A DNA stretch of 64,000 nt from contig NZ_OZ250154.1 of assembly GCF_965237845.1 (NCBI RefSeq), positions 2,589,141 to 2,653,140 on the forward strand, written 5' to 3'. The DNA is from Candidatus Spongiihabitans sp. (lineage in GTDB: Bacteria > Pseudomonadota > Gammaproteobacteria > Arenicellales > Poriferihabitantaceae). The notes beneath the pieces were generated by a model. That model worked only from the letters and a program-made list of their open reading frames with translations, ran no database searches and was not told the origin of the DNA. A program made the position numbers and the translations under genes. Shown piece by piece: positions 42,651-53,565 of this stretch (positions are counted from its first letter, which is position 1; each line of letters opens with the position of its first letter).

Positions 42651-45600
42651 TTAATGGTTCACTGCAACTTTTGGACGATAAGTCTGTTTTTGCGGAACCG
42701 CATTGATGAGATTTTTCGTATCGTAGTGGCAGTGAATATTCTCTTCTCCAAATCTGCGCGTTAATTGGTCCAGTAATGCCTGCTCTGGATTCACCTTCCA
42801 GGCATCGCCTAGATGTAATCGACCAGACTCTCCTTTTGTACGAGTATAACTAATGCCAATCTCGGTGTTGCCGCCCTGATACTCGCTCAATAATTGGTGT
42901 AGCGACCTGAGCGTATCCTTGCTCAAACTCTGTTCGAATAAGTGCAACCTGATGCCTGCCAACGTTGCCTGCCTGAGTTCTGCGATTTCGTATAAATTCT
43001 CTACCCGAATTTGACATCCCCCGGTAAATTCATCAGCGCTTAACTCCCCTACGGCGATTAACAGATTATCTTTTTGCAATTTACTGAAGTACAGATTAAA
43101 TTTTTCCGAGTATAAATTTGCTTCGACTCGATACATTGCATTATCCAGCGTTATGAATGCCATCTTGCCTCGGCGGGTATTTAATACTCGCATTGCCACC
43201 ATGATGCCGGCGAAAATACCGTTGCGCGGAGTGCTTAAATCCAGTAATGACACATCATGCTCACAGACCGAGTTCAGCTCATGAGCAAAACGATTATAAG
43301 GGTGCCCGGTCAGATATAACCCCAGCGTCTCTTTTTCCGCATCAAGACGTTGTTCATCGCTCCAGTCCGCTGTCTCACTTGACGTCAAATTGCCCACAGG
43401 CACTCGTTCAACGCCAAACATATCAAACTGCCCGGCTTGTTTATCCTGTTGCTGTTGCCCTGCGGCACCAACGGCATTATCAATGTCCGCCATTAACATC
43501 GCCCGGTTGTCCCTCAGGTCATCCATTGCGCCGCTTTTTATCAACACTTCCAAAACCCGCTTGTTGACCTTACGCAGGTCCAGCCGCCGGCAAAAATCAA
43601 ACAAACTTTGATACGAATCATTGGCTTCACGTTGCTCCACTATGCTTTCAATCACGCTCTTGCCCAGGCCTTTTAATGCGCCAAGACCGTAGGAAATTTC
43701 CGTATCACTGGTTGGCTTGAACGAATAGAAACTGGAGTTGATGTCTGGAGGCAATACTGTCAGTTCAAGCGCCTTGCAATCCGCAAGCAGGGTGACGACT
43801 TTATCGGTATTGTCCAACTCGGCCGACAAAGTTGCCGCCATATAAGCGGCTGGGTAATGGGTTTTCATCCACGCAGTATGGTAAGACACCAACGCATAAG
43901 CAGCGGAATGGGACTTATTGAACCCATAGCCTGCGAATTTATCCATCAGAGTAAATATGTTTTCCGCAATCTGTTTATCTGTGCCCCGGCTGACCGCACC
44001 GGTCATAAACGTTTCACGTTGTTTGGCCATTTCCTGCGGTTGCTTTTTACCCATGGCTTTGCGCAGCAAATCCGCGCCGCCGAGGGTATAGCCGGCCAGG
44101 GCTCTGGCAATTTCCATGACTTGCTCCTGATAGAGAATCACGCCATATGTTGAATCTAATATGGATTCAAGATCAGGGTGGAGATATTGAATCGGTTGCC
44201 GACCGTTTTTTCGAGCGATAAAATCATCAACCATTCCGGATTGCAATGGGCCCGGTCGAAACAGGGCAATCAGTGCGATCAGGTCCTCGAATGTTTCTGG
44301 ATGAGAGCGGATGATCAATTCCTTCATGCCGCGAGATTCAAGCTGGAAGATCGCGGTGGTTTGCCCGGTCCTAATAAACTTAAAGGTCTCTTTATCGTCC
44401 AAAGCAATGTGATCCAAATCGAGCATCGATTTATCTGTCGTTGATTTATCCAGCGTTGCTGTATTTTGAGCGACTCGCTGAAGGTTTGCCAATTTCACTG
44501 CACAATCAAGAATAGTCAGCGTCCGTAATCCAAGAAAATCAAACTTGACCAGCCCGATTGCTTCCAGATCGTCTTTATCGAGTTGCGTTATGGCTTGATT
44601 CAAATGGGCGTCGGCATACAGCGGGATGTATTCAGTAAGTGGTTTTGGCGCGATCACCACACCGCCTGCATGTTTTCCGACGTTTCGCGCCAAGCCTTCC
44701 AGTTGCAATGCCGAGTCGATCAATTCCTGCACCTCCGCCTCATCCTCATAACGTTGCTTGAGCGCCTGCTCTTGGCTCAACGCCTGGTTCAAAGTCATGC
44801 CAATTTCAAACGGAATTAACCTGGCAATTTGATCGACAAATCCATAAGGAAGACTCATCACCCGACCCACATCCCGCACCACAGCCTTGGCAGCCATCGT
44901 GCCAAATGTAATAATTTGTGCGACTTGATCATGGCCATATCGCTCGGCCACATATTCGATTACCCGATCTCTGCCATCCACGCAAAAATCGATATCAAAA
45001 TCCGGCAATGACACCCTTTCCGGATTCAGGAAGCGCTCGAAAAGCAACCCATATGGAAGCGGATCGATTTTGGTTATACCCGTTGCCCAGGCAACTAATG
45101 ACCCCGCACCAGAGCCTCGACCAGGGCCCACTGGAATGTCATTTTCCCGGGACCAGCGAATGAAATCCGCCACAATTAAAAAATATCCCGGATACCCCAT
45201 TTGCTCAATCACATCCAATTCCAGATTCAACCGATCGGTATATTGTTGATCCACTGGCATCGCCGCATCAAACACGCTATCGGCCACGCTGTCGGAATGA
45301 GTTTGCCGGTCAACCCCCAAGCGTCTGGCCAATCCCGATTCCGCAAGCTCTCGCAGCACGATCGCAACCGATCGCCCCTCGGCATCGGGATAGATCGGCA
45401 AAAAGCCTTCATCAAAATTGAAAAACAGGTTGCAGCGTTTAGCAATTTCCATTGAATTACTAATCGCTGCGGGTATATCCGCGAATAACGCCGACATTTC
45501 CTTGCTGGATCGCAAATACTGTTGATCGGTAAATTTTCGCGGTCGCCGACTGTCATCCAGTACCCGCCCATCGTTTATGCATACGCGAATTTCATGCGCC

Positions 45601-46274
45601 CCGAATTGCTCCTGATGGATGAACTCGACCCGATTTGTTGCAACCAGGTTAATCTGGTGTTGCCCGCAAAGTTGCACGGCCATGTTGATGTAGGCTTGCT
45701 CGGTTGGCCAACCGATGCGGCTAATGGAAAAATACAATCTATCCCCAAATAGCGCCTGATAGCGCGCCACCACCTTTTCGATACCCGATTCCGCATCCCG
45801 AGTCATCAGGTTTGCCACTGGCCCTTCGTGTTCGTCCAGCATACAGATGAGACCGGGTTGATACTGAGCGAATTCGGCCCATCGAATTACAATTTTGCCT
45901 TTCGCTCTGCTTTGTGAAGATGCGCCTTGCAGATACGCATTGGTCAGCATTTTGCTGAAATTGCGATAGCTCTGGTTGTCCTGGCATAACAAAGTTACCC
46001 GGTCGCAATTTTCTGCCCGCAACTTTTCCGCCTGCGCCTTTTCTATATGCAGTGGACTTTCAACCCATACATCGCAACCGATAATCGGTTTCACCCCATT
46101 TGCCAGGCAGGCTCGATAAAATTTCACCGCGCCATAGAGGTTTGACCAGTCGGTCAGCGCCACGGCAGGTTGTTCAAACTCTACGCACTTATCCGCCAGC
46201 GGTTTAAGCCGCACAATGCCGTCAGCAAGAGAAAACTCTGAATGCAGATGCAAATGTACGAACGGTTGACTCAT
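42651..46274 (-). CDS. dnaE: DNA polymerase III alpha subunit
   Basis: HLHLHSEFS, GPGRGSGAGS, PDFDIDF, KFDFLGL and GYGFNKSH motifs. Confidence 0.99.
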   Translation of the reverse strand: MSQPFVHLHLHSEFSLADGIVRLKPLADKCVEFEQPAVALTDWSNLYGAVKFYRACLANGVKPIIGCDVWVESPLHIEKAQAEKLRAENCDRVTLLCQDNQSYRNFSKMLTNAYLQGASSQSRAKGKIVIRWAEFAQYQPGLICMLDEHEGPVANLMTRDAESGIEKVVARYQALFGDRLYFSISRIGWPTEQAYINMAVQLCGQHQINLVATNRVEFIHQEQFGAHEIRVCINDGRVLDDSRRPRKFTDQQYLRSSKEMSALFADIPAAISNSMEIAKRCNLFFNFDEGFLPIYPDAEGRSVAIVLRELAESGLARRLGVDRQTHSDSVADSVFDAAMPVDQQYTDRLNLELDVIEQMGYPGYFLIVADFIRWSRENDIPVGPGRGSGAGSLVAWATGITKIDPLPYGLLFERFLNPERVSLPDFDIDFCVDGRDRVIEYVAERYGHDQVAQIITFGTMAAKAVVRDVGRVMSLPYGFVDQIARLIPFEIGMTLNQALSQEQALKQRYEDEAEVQELIDSALQLEGLARNVGKHAGGVVIAPKPLTEYIPLYADAHLNQAITQLDKDDLEAIGLVKFDFLGLRTLTILDCAVKLANLQRVAQNTATLDKSTTDKSMLDLDHIALDDKETFKFIRTGQTTAIFQLESRGMKELIIRSHPETFEDLIALIALFRPGPLQSGMVDDFIARKNGRQPIQYLHPDLESILDSTYGVILYQEQVMEIARALAGYTLGGADLLRKAMGKKQPQEMAKQRETFMTGAVSRGTDKQIAENIFTLMDKFAGYGFNKSHSAAYALVSYHTAWMKTHYPAAYMAATLSAELDNTDKVVTLLADCKALELTVLPPDINSSFYSFKPTSDTEISYGLGALKGLGKSVIESIVEQREANDSYQSLFDFCRRLDLRKVNKRVLEVLIKSGAMDDLRDNRAMLMADIDNAVGAAGQQQQDKQAGQFDMFGVERVPVGNLTSSETADWSDEQRLDAEKETLGLYLTGHPYNRFAHELNSVCEHDVSLLDLSTPRNGIFAGIMVAMRVLNTRRGKMAFITLDNAMYRVEANLYSEKFNLYFSKLQKDNLLIAVGELSADEFTGGCQIRVENLYEIAELRQATLAGIRLHLFEQSLSKDTLRSLHQLLSEYQGGNTEIGISYTRTKGESGRLHLGDAWKVNPEQALLDQLTRRFGEENIHCHYDTKNLINAVPQKQTYRPKVAVNH

Positions 46275-46290
46275 TACGGTCCAATAAACT

Positions 46291-46872
46291 TCAGAACGCA
46301 GATTTCAGCAAGTTGCGAATCGGTGCAAAACTGCGTCGATGCTGCTCGGTTATGCCATGAATTTGCAATGCTTGCAGATGTGCTTTTGTAGGATACCCTT
46401 TGTGGCGCTCGAATCCATATTGTGGGAATAAACCAGCCAATTCAACCATGTCCCGGTCTCGGGCTTGCTTGGCTAAAATGGAGGCCGCCGAGATTTCGCC
46501 ATGTAGCGCGTCACCGCCAACCACAGCACAAGCAGGGCAATTCAAGTCTGGCAGCTTATTGCCGTCAATCAATGCGAATTGAGGCTGAATTTCCAGTCCT
46601 TCCACCGCTCTTTTCATCGCCAGCAATGATGCTGCCAGAATATTCATTCGGTCAATTTCTGCTACGTCAGCCAGCGCCACAGACCATGATAACGCCCGAT
46701 CCTTGATAATGAGTTCGAGCTCGGCTCTTCGCCGGGGTGAAATTTTCTTGGAATCATCCAGTCCGTCTATGGGGTTTTTTCGATCCAGTATTACCGCCGC
46801 CGCAAAAACCGCACCTGCCAGCGGCCCGCGCCCAGCCTCGTCAACCCCGGCAATGTTCACAAATACGGTCAT
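46291..46872 (-). CDS. rnhB: Ribonuclease HII
   Basis: [16 protein letters not shown] and AASILAK motifs. Confidence 0.98.
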   Translation of the reverse strand: MTVFVNIAGVDEAGRGPLAGAVFAAAVILDRKNPIDGLDDSKKISPRRRAELELIIKDRALSWSVALADVAEIDRMNILAASLLAMKRAVEGLEIQPQFALIDGNKLPDLNCPACAVVGGDALHGEISAASILAKQARDRDMVELAGLFPQYGFERHKGYPTKAHLQALQIHGITEQHRRSFAPIRNLLKSAF

Positions 46873-48029
46873 GATGATTCCAGTAATTTCACGATTGCCT
46901 TGCTCGCTTGCAGATTCGCATTGCGTTTTAACTGCTTGTGGAGGTCAATAAAGCCCTGTTCAAGTTTTTTCACTTTTTGCGGATTTTTTATAAATTCATT
47001 GACTGCATGCACAATATTATCCGACGTGGCTTGATCTTGCACCAACTCGGGAATAACCGGCTCAGGTAATAGTTGGTTCGGCATGGAATAATAATCTACA
47101 TGTCGCAGTTTTTGGAACAGCCAATAAGCAATCGGGCTCAACTTGTATACAACAACATGGGGTCGGCACAACAATGCCGCTTCCAATGCCGCAGTGCCTG
47201 ACGCTAATACGACGATGTCGGATGCTTCAATAGCGCCCCGCGATTGGCCCTCCAGAGTAAAAATCGGAAGGTGCTCGATGCTCCCGGCAACGTCGTAAAA
47301 AACCTTCTCCATTTTCGCATCGGCGAAAGGCAAAACAAATTGGACCGTGGAGTCAGCGTTATGAATTTTCTCAACCACCTCGACAAACAGGGCGCCCAGT
47401 TGCTTAACCTCTGGTCGTCGGCTGCCCGGCAATAGCCCGATCACCCTATTGCCTGGACTAATCGGTATGCCAATTTTTTTTCTGGCCGCGATTTTATCCG
47501 GTTGGCCAATTTCATCGGCAATGGGATGCCCGACACAGGTTACCGGGATTTTGTGTTGTTTGTAGAATTCCGCTTCGAACGGAAACAGGGTCAGCATGTG
47601 GTCAACTGCACGGCGGATTTTATGGATTCGATAACCTCTCCATGCCCAAACCGTCGGACTGACATAATGAATAGTGCGTATATTTTTCTTTTTAAGTTTA
47701 CGCTCCAACGCCAAATTAAAATCCGGCACGTCTATGCCAATAAAAAGATTGGGTGGATGCGCTACAAATTTACGGTATAGCGCGGCCCTGATCTTAAGTA
47801 TATCCCCGAATTTGTCGAACAATCCATCAATACCCATTAGTTCAATTCGATTCATATCGTACAGGGTGTCACAGCCTGCCTGACGCATTCTCGGCCCGCC
47901 GATGCCAACGAATTCTGCGCCCGGATACTCAGACATTAGCGCCCTAATCAGCCCGGCGCCTAATTTATCGCCCGAAGGCTCTCCTGCCACAATACCGATC
48001 TGCACTGCCTTGCTACGCATATCGCGCAC
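46869..48029 (-). CDS. lpxB: Lipid A disaccharide synthase
   Basis: [17 protein letters not shown] and LLPGSR motifs. Confidence 0.98.
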   Translation of the reverse strand: MRDMRSKAVQIGIVAGEPSGDKLGAGLIRALMSEYPGAEFVGIGGPRMRQAGCDTLYDMNRIELMGIDGLFDKFGDILKIRAALYRKFVAHPPNLFIGIDVPDFNLALERKLKKKNIRTIHYVSPTVWAWRGYRIHKIRRAVDHMLTLFPFEAEFYKQHKIPVTCVGHPIADEIGQPDKIAARKKIGIPISPGNRVIGLLPGSRRPEVKQLGALFVEVVEKIHNADSTVQFVLPFADAKMEKVFYDVAGSIEHLPIFTLEGQSRGAIEASDIVVLASGTAALEAALLCRPHVVVYKLSPIAYWLFQKLRHVDYYSMPNQLLPEPVIPELVQDQATSDNIVHAVNEFIKNPQKVKKLEQGFIDLHKQLKRNANLQASKAIVKLLESS

Positions 48030-48806
48030 CTATCGAATGATGCCGCGCTTGGAATGGCGTAAAAATTCGCTAAAGCTGATGCCCTCAGAATTGTTGCCGT
48101 TCATTTTCTCCACTTCATTTATCGCTGACTGAAGATCGAGGCTACGGCGATAAACAACCCGATATGCCTGGTTAAGCAGTTTAATCGACTGTTCAGAAAA
48201 GTTGCGCCGCCGCAATCCTTTTGAATTGATGCCAAATGGCTTTGCTGGATTACCCGCAGCGACAATGTATGGGGGAACATCCTGCAGACAGACACAGCCA
48301 ATTCCGGTAATGCAATGCTGGCCAATTTTACAGAACTGGTGAATCAGGGAAAAACCGCCCAAAATTGCGTAATCGCCGATATCAACATGACCCGCCAGGC
48401 TTGCCCCATTGGCGAAAACAATGTGATCGCCCAGCACACAATCGTGGGCGATATGGGCATATGCCATAATAAAGTTATCGTTTCCAATTTTTGTGGCGCC
48501 CAGGCCATTCGCCGTTCCCCGGTTTATGGTGCAATATTCCCGTATTGTGTTGCGCTCGCCGATTTCAAGTTTTGTCGGTTCCCCAGCGTAGCCCTGATGT
48601 TGGGGCGTTTCGCCTATCGAACAAAACTGGAAAATCTTGTTTTCTTTGCCGATGGTGGTAAAGCTTCTGATGACAACATGAGGGCCAACCCATGTTCCGT
48701 TACCGATGGTGACCTCCGCTTCTACAATGGAATAGGGGCCGATGGTTATATTTTCTCCAAGTTTTGCGGACTCATCGACAATCGCTGTTTGATGAACTTC
48801 GGTCAT
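48030..48806 (-). CDS. lpxA: UDP-N-acetylglucosamine acyltransferase
   Basis: Hexapeptide repeats, HIAHDC, LAGHV and HQF motifs. Confidence 0.98.
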   Translation of the reverse strand: MTEVHQTAIVDESAKLGENITIGPYSIVEAEVTIGNGTWVGPHVVIRSFTTIGKENKIFQFCSIGETPQHQGYAGEPTKLEIGERNTIREYCTINRGTANGLGATKIGNDNFIMAYAHIAHDCVLGDHIVFANGASLAGHVDIGDYAILGGFSLIHQFCKIGQHCITGIGCVCLQDVPPYIVAAGNPAKPFGINSKGLRRRNFSEQSIKLLNQAYRVVYRRSLDLQSAINEVEKMNGNNSEGISFSEFLRHSKRGIIR

Positions 48807-48812
48807 GAAACA

Positions 48813-49286
48813 CTAAAAAACTCGATAGGTGAACATGACTTCGGCGGAAGCAGCTAACTTGCCGTCAACGGATGCTTTGGTCGCATATTTCCATATTCTG
48901 CTTTTGTAGTTGGTTTGCTCGACTTCAATGATGAGTTGGTCTCCTGGTTCCACTAAACGCTTGAACCGGGCCTTGTCAACGCCGGCAAAAAGTAAAACCA
49001 CATTTTCGTCGGTATCCGCTTCGGGACTATGGCTGGCTAAAATCGCCGAGGCTTGCGCCATTGCCTCAAGTATCAAAACACCTGGGAATACCGGCCGATC
49101 CGGAAAATGTCCCTGAAAAAACGGCTCAGTGATGGTTACGTTTTTGATTGCGGATAGCGTTTTTCCCAATTCATAGTCGGTTACCTTATCGATCAATAGA
49201 AATGGATAACGGTGCGGAAGCAGCTCTCTTATCCTGTGAATATCTATAGTCTTTGCTTCAGTCATTGTGCCTTCAATCATTGTCAT
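48813..49286 (-). CDS. fabZ: 3-hydroxyacyl-ACP dehydratase
   Basis: LPHRYPFLLID and FFQGHFP..PVFPGVLILEAMAQ motifs. Confidence 0.98.
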   Translation of the reverse strand: MTMIEGTMTEAKTIDIHRIRELLPHRYPFLLIDKVTDYELGKTLSAIKNVTITEPFFQGHFPDRPVFPGVLILEAMAQASAILASHSPEADTDENVVLLFAGVDKARFKRLVEPGDQLIIEVEQTNYKSRIWKYATKASVDGKLAASAEVMFTYRVF

Positions 49287-49352
49287 TTCAGGGTTTGCAA
49301 CCCTATTCTGTTCTTTTTATTGCGCGCTGTCATTATCCGGTTTTTTCGCGCG

Positions 49353-50363
49353 TCAAGTTTTTTCACCCAGTTTTTTGGTCTCGGCAACCAACTTGTCCAA
49401 CCGCCGAATTATGGCGGCGGTTTTTCGCCATTGTTTGGCTGGTTGCACAGAAATCATTGACGCATACTCTCCTGCTGTTTTAATCGAATTGGTGACCAGG
49501 CTATTGGATAAAACAGTAACGTCGTCGACGATTTCCAAATGTCCGAGAATGCTGACCCGGGCGCCAAGCCGGCATCGTTGACCAATTTTCGCGCTTCCCG
49601 CTATGCCAACACCGCCTGCCATTATGGTGTTATCGCCCACTTGAACATTATGCGCTATTTGCACTTGATTATCGATCTTCACGCCGTTTCCGATTTTAGT
49701 ATCTTGCAGGGCGCCCCGGTCGATTGTGGTATGAGCGCCAATATCAACGTCATCGCCGAGCAGCACGCTGCCGAGCTGCTCGATTTTTTCCCAGCCGCCC
49801 TGATTTGGCGCATACCCGAATCCACTTGCGCCGATAACTGCGCCAGGTGAAATACAGCAACGCTTTCCAATACGACAACCGTGGGAAATAACCACTTGAT
49901 CTTCTATTACCGTGTGCTCGCCAATTTCAACCTGTTCGCCGATATTAACGCCATTGCCCACAACCACTCGGCGGCCCATTTTAACGCCCTGCTCAAGCGT
50001 GGAATAGCGTCCAATGCAGACGCTGTTTTCCAATTTAACATTTGCGGCAATGATTGCGGTGTCGTCAATGCCGGTTTGTCGATGGCGGGGATATTGCTTG
50101 AATAATTTACTTATTCGAGCATATGCAAGATACGGGTCGGCCACTATAATTTTGTTCCCGGCATATAAATCAACATGCTCCTGAGTGATCAAGACCGCAC
50201 CGGCCCGTGTGACCTCCAACTGTTGTTTTTTTTTCTGGTCGCCAAAAAATGAAATTGAATCTCTGGTTGCGCGCTCCAAACTATGTATAAACTTAATTTC
50301 GTAATCGCCATCTCCCAGCACCACGCCTTCAACAATGTCGGCAATCCGGTTCAGTGAAATCAT
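49353..50363 (-). CDS. lpxD: UDP-3-O-acyl-glucosamine N-acyltransferase
   Basis: [13 protein letters not shown] and [12 protein letters not shown] motifs; start placed at MISLN. Confidence 0.96.
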   Translation of the reverse strand: MISLNRIADIVEGVVLGDGDYEIKFIHSLERATRDSISFFGDQKKKQQLEVTRAGAVLITQEHVDLYAGNKIIVADPYLAYARISKLFKQYPRHRQTGIDDTAIIAANVKLENSVCIGRYSTLEQGVKMGRRVVVGNGVNIGEQVEIGEHTVIEDQVVISHGCRIGKRCCISPGAVIGASGFGYAPNQGGWEKIEQLGSVLLGDDVDIGAHTTIDRGALQDTKIGNGVKIDNQVQIAHNVQVGDNTIMAGGVGIAGSAKIGQRCRLGARVSILGHLEIVDDVTVLSNSLVTNSIKTAGEYASMISVQPAKQWRKTAAIIRRLDKLVAETKKLGEKT

Positions 50364-50486
50364 GGTTTCGCCTGCTATAATGACGCCTGTATCAATGGCG
50401 CCTGTTATAAACAACACTCGCAATAAATAGCCCTATAATAAATAAGAGCAGGCAATGACTGGACTTAAATGTGGCGTTAGATAAAT

Positions 50487-51011
50487 TCACTGTTGCTGAT
50501 AACGTTTGTTCAGTTCTTCCAACACTCTATCGGTGAAGTCTATGTCGTGACTCGCATACACAGCCTGTTGCACCACCAAATCTATATTTTCCTGTTCCGC
50601 TAATTCAATGATGACGGCAAATATCAGTTTTTCGAGTCTTGCCAATACCTGGTTTCGACTGCGCGCATAGTCTTCATTATAATTTTGCTGCTCATGCTGC
50701 AACGTTCTTTGCAATCCTCTTAGCGCATCCGCTTTGTCGCGAAGTTCCTCGGCGGAAAGAAGCGCCGCGTTTTTTTGCAACTCAGCTTCCTGCGCCTTGA
50801 ATGATTCGATTTTCTCCTTTAACTCGCGGTTTCTCTCGCTGAAATTTTGTTCAAGGATTCTTAGTTCATCTTTGCTCTGGTGCGTCTCATCAAGGAGCCG
50901 ACGCCCATCCACGTAAGCCAGTTTCTCCGCCTGGACTTGCATCGGCAGTGCAACAAACATCGTCAAACAGAGTAATTGCAATGCCAGTGCGGAAGTTGTT
51001 TTGTGATTCAT
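50487..51011 (-). CDS. skp: Periplasmic chaperone Skp/OmpH
   Basis: Signal peptide, K.AYVD, coiled coil and DFTD.V; lies between bamA and lpxD. Confidence 0.9.
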   Translation of the reverse strand: MNHKTTSALALQLLCLTMFVALPMQVQAEKLAYVDGRRLLDETHQSKDELRILEQNFSERNRELKEKIESFKAQEAELQKNAALLSAEELRDKADALRGLQRTLQHEQQNYNEDYARSRNQVLARLEKLIFAVIIELAEQENIDLVVQQAVYASHDIDFTDRVLEELNKRYQQQ

Positions 51012-51075
51012 GTAATAAATTTTTCAAGAAATAAATATAGCTCAGAAGCCAGCGCCATCGTAAATAACCATAACA

Positions 51076-53406
51076 TTATCGAAACACCGTGCCGATTGAA
51101 ATTTGCAGTTCTTCCTTTTTGTCGCCCGATTCATCATTAAACGGCACGCCATAACTGACGGTGAATGGCCCTATGGCCGAGAACCAGTTAAAAAACACGC
51201 CGGCTGAATACCGCAATTTGCCAAGATCGATACTTGCGGAACCTCCATATACCATACCACTATCCACAAATAGCCCCAGTCTTTTGTCATTGCTGTCGGC
51301 GCCGAAAGCGGGAAACAACGCTTCGACGCTAGCCAATACTCGGGTCGAGCCGCCCACGGGCTTGCAGGTTGTTGGGGGCGGGGTGGCATCACAATCATCA
51401 GTTACCGTGCTGGATTCTTGAGGCCCCAAGGAGCGCGCGTCGTAACCGCGCACCGAGCGTGCGCCGCCGACGAAATAGTTTTTGAAAAAGGGCAAGTCAT
51501 CGATGTTCCCGTAGCCATTGCCATAACCGAGGCCGAGGCTGCTTTTGATTGTCAGTTTATCGCCTACTGGCAGGTAATGCGCACCTTGCAAATTCAACTT
51601 GTAGTATTCTAAGTCGCTGCCTGGCAGCGATGCTTCCAGCGAAATGGACCGGGTCGCCCCGCGCGTTGGAAAGAAAAAATCATCCCGCGTATCTTTTGAA
51701 AGACCGGTGGTCGCCACCAAGTTATCTGCCTCCGGGTGTTCTGTAATTAACGTTTTAAATGATTCTGGCGTTCCTGAAGAGGCTGCCAACTCAAGCCGCT
51801 CAAACGACAATCCAAAATTCACCGTATTGGTCTCGGTAATCGGAATTTTATACAACACGCCCGCAGCGCTTGCATCAAGCGTATAGGCTGAGGTGTCGAC
51901 TTTGGCTGAATCCACCTTTCTGGTGGACAACGTAAAGCCGCGACTGATTCCATCCTGGGTATGGTAGGGATTGGTGTAAGCAATGGAGATGGTATTTACC
52001 GAATCTGAATCATTCACTTTTACCGCCAGGTTGCGGCCGGTTCCCAATAAATTGCGCTGATTGAACTCAATGCCGAACAACGCCCCATCTTCGTCGGAAT
52101 AACCGGCTGACACCAATATCGACCCGGTGTCGCGTTCGGTGACGATAACTTTCATGTCAACCTGATCGGTGGTTGCCGCTACCGACGGGGTTTCAATTTG
52201 CACCGAGGCAAAAATTCCCAAGCGCCTCAATCGGTCTTTGGAGCGCCTGATTGCGGATGCCGAATACCACGAACCTTCAAGTTGTCTTAATTCCCTGCGA
52301 ATGACTTCGTCTCGGGTAAAAACGTTTCCGGAAATATCGATTCTGCGAACATAAACCCGGTGCTTTGGAATGATGGAAAAAATGGTATTGACAACTTTTT
52401 CAACCACATCGTCCTCAAACACAGATCGAACTTCGGCAAACGCAAATCCAGCATCAACAAAATGGCCGGTCAGCGCCACCCGGGATTGGTTGACCGCCTG
52501 GCGAGAGAATGACTGGCCCGGCTCAATATTAATCAGGTCCTGCAATTGTGCCGCTTCATCTTCATCAATGCCTTCAATTACGGATTCCCCGAAGGTATAT
52601 ACCGCCCCTTCATTGATGACGATGCCGATAAAAATATTTTGCTTGTTCGGGCTAATTTCAACATTGGATGAAACAATTTCGAATTCATGGTGTCCGCGAT
52701 TCAAATAGTAGCTGCGAATACTTTCAATATCCGCTTCAAGTTGTTGCTTTGAATACTGGTCCTGGCGGGAAAACAGTCGGAATCCACGCTTGTCCTTAAG
52801 CTGCATTTCATCTTTTATCTTCTTGACCGATACCGCCTCAGCGCCAATAATATTAATTTTCTTTATCCGCGCAACTCGACCTTCGTTAATGTTTATCGTT
52901 ATCGCAACGCGATTTTGATCAAGTTCTTCTATGGTTGCATCCACGGTTGCGGAATAGCGACCCATGGATAAATATGAGTTTTTGATATCCTGTTCAACCC
53001 GTTCCAAATTTCCGGTATTAAAAATCCTGCCTTCGACCATCCCTGCCTGCTCCAAGCCTTGTTTCAATGCTTCGTCTTTTAATTTGTTGTTACCCTTAAA
53101 AATGATGCTGGCTATAGAGGGGCGTTCAACAACCGTAACCACCAGAACCGTGCCGTCCTGGCCGAGAGAAACTTCTTTGAAAAACCCGGTCTTGAATAAC
53201 TCTTTTATGCTCAGCCGTGTTTCTTCATCGTTTACTTCATCGCCCACTTTCAATGGCAGATAATTAAAAACCGTACCCGCTTCCAGTCTTTCCAGGCCCT
53301 CGACCCGGATGTCGGTAATCGTGAACGGGGTGATCGCAAAAGCAAATTGAGTCAATGCAAATTGAGCGGATGCAAGGCATAACACGATCAGTGTAATTTT
53401 TTTCAT
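51076..53406 (-). CDS. bamA: Outer membrane protein assembly factor BamA
   Basis: POTRA repeats (DIRVEGLER, TRDEVIRRE) and VRGY motif. Confidence 0.98.
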   Translation of the reverse strand: MKKITLIVLCLASAQFALTQFAFAITPFTITDIRVEGLERLEAGTVFNYLPLKVGDEVNDEETRLSIKELFKTGFFKEVSLGQDGTVLVVTVVERPSIASIIFKGNNKLKDEALKQGLEQAGMVEGRIFNTGNLERVEQDIKNSYLSMGRYSATVDATIEELDQNRVAITININEGRVARIKKINIIGAEAVSVKKIKDEMQLKDKRGFRLFSRQDQYSKQQLEADIESIRSYYLNRGHHEFEIVSSNVEISPNKQNIFIGIVINEGAVYTFGESVIEGIDEDEAAQLQDLINIEPGQSFSRQAVNQSRVALTGHFVDAGFAFAEVRSVFEDDVVEKVVNTIFSIIPKHRVYVRRIDISGNVFTRDEVIRRELRQLEGSWYSASAIRRSKDRLRRLGIFASVQIETPSVAATTDQVDMKVIVTERDTGSILVSAGYSDEDGALFGIEFNQRNLLGTGRNLAVKVNDSDSVNTISIAYTNPYHTQDGISRGFTLSTRKVDSAKVDTSAYTLDASAAGVLYKIPITETNTVNFGLSFERLELAASSGTPESFKTLITEHPEADNLVATTGLSKDTRDDFFFPTRGATRSISLEASLPGSDLEYYKLNLQGAHYLPVGDKLTIKSSLGLGYGNGYGNIDDLPFFKNYFVGGARSVRGYDARSLGPQESSTVTDDCDATPPPTTCKPVGGSTRVLASVEALFPAFGADSNDKRLGLFVDSGMVYGGSASIDLGKLRYSAGVFFNWFSAIGPFTVSYGVPFNDESGDKKEELQISIGTVFR

Positions 53407-53565
53407 GGTTATTCTACGGATTATTAATTTACTTCGATAGCGCTTTGCACAACCATGGATAATACCTCAGACCGGGCAAAAGCCGCATCGGCAATCTGAA
53501 TAGAATATGACGGAAATGTTAGGGAGCCACCCACGCTGGCGACAATGGTGAACAGTATCATAAAT

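Noticed and set aside
42651-46274. Intein in DnaE (1207 aa), or significance of its degenerate PHP metal ligands
   Set aside because: The extra length comes from small loop insertions with no intein motifs, and PHP degeneration is common in proteobacterial DnaE.
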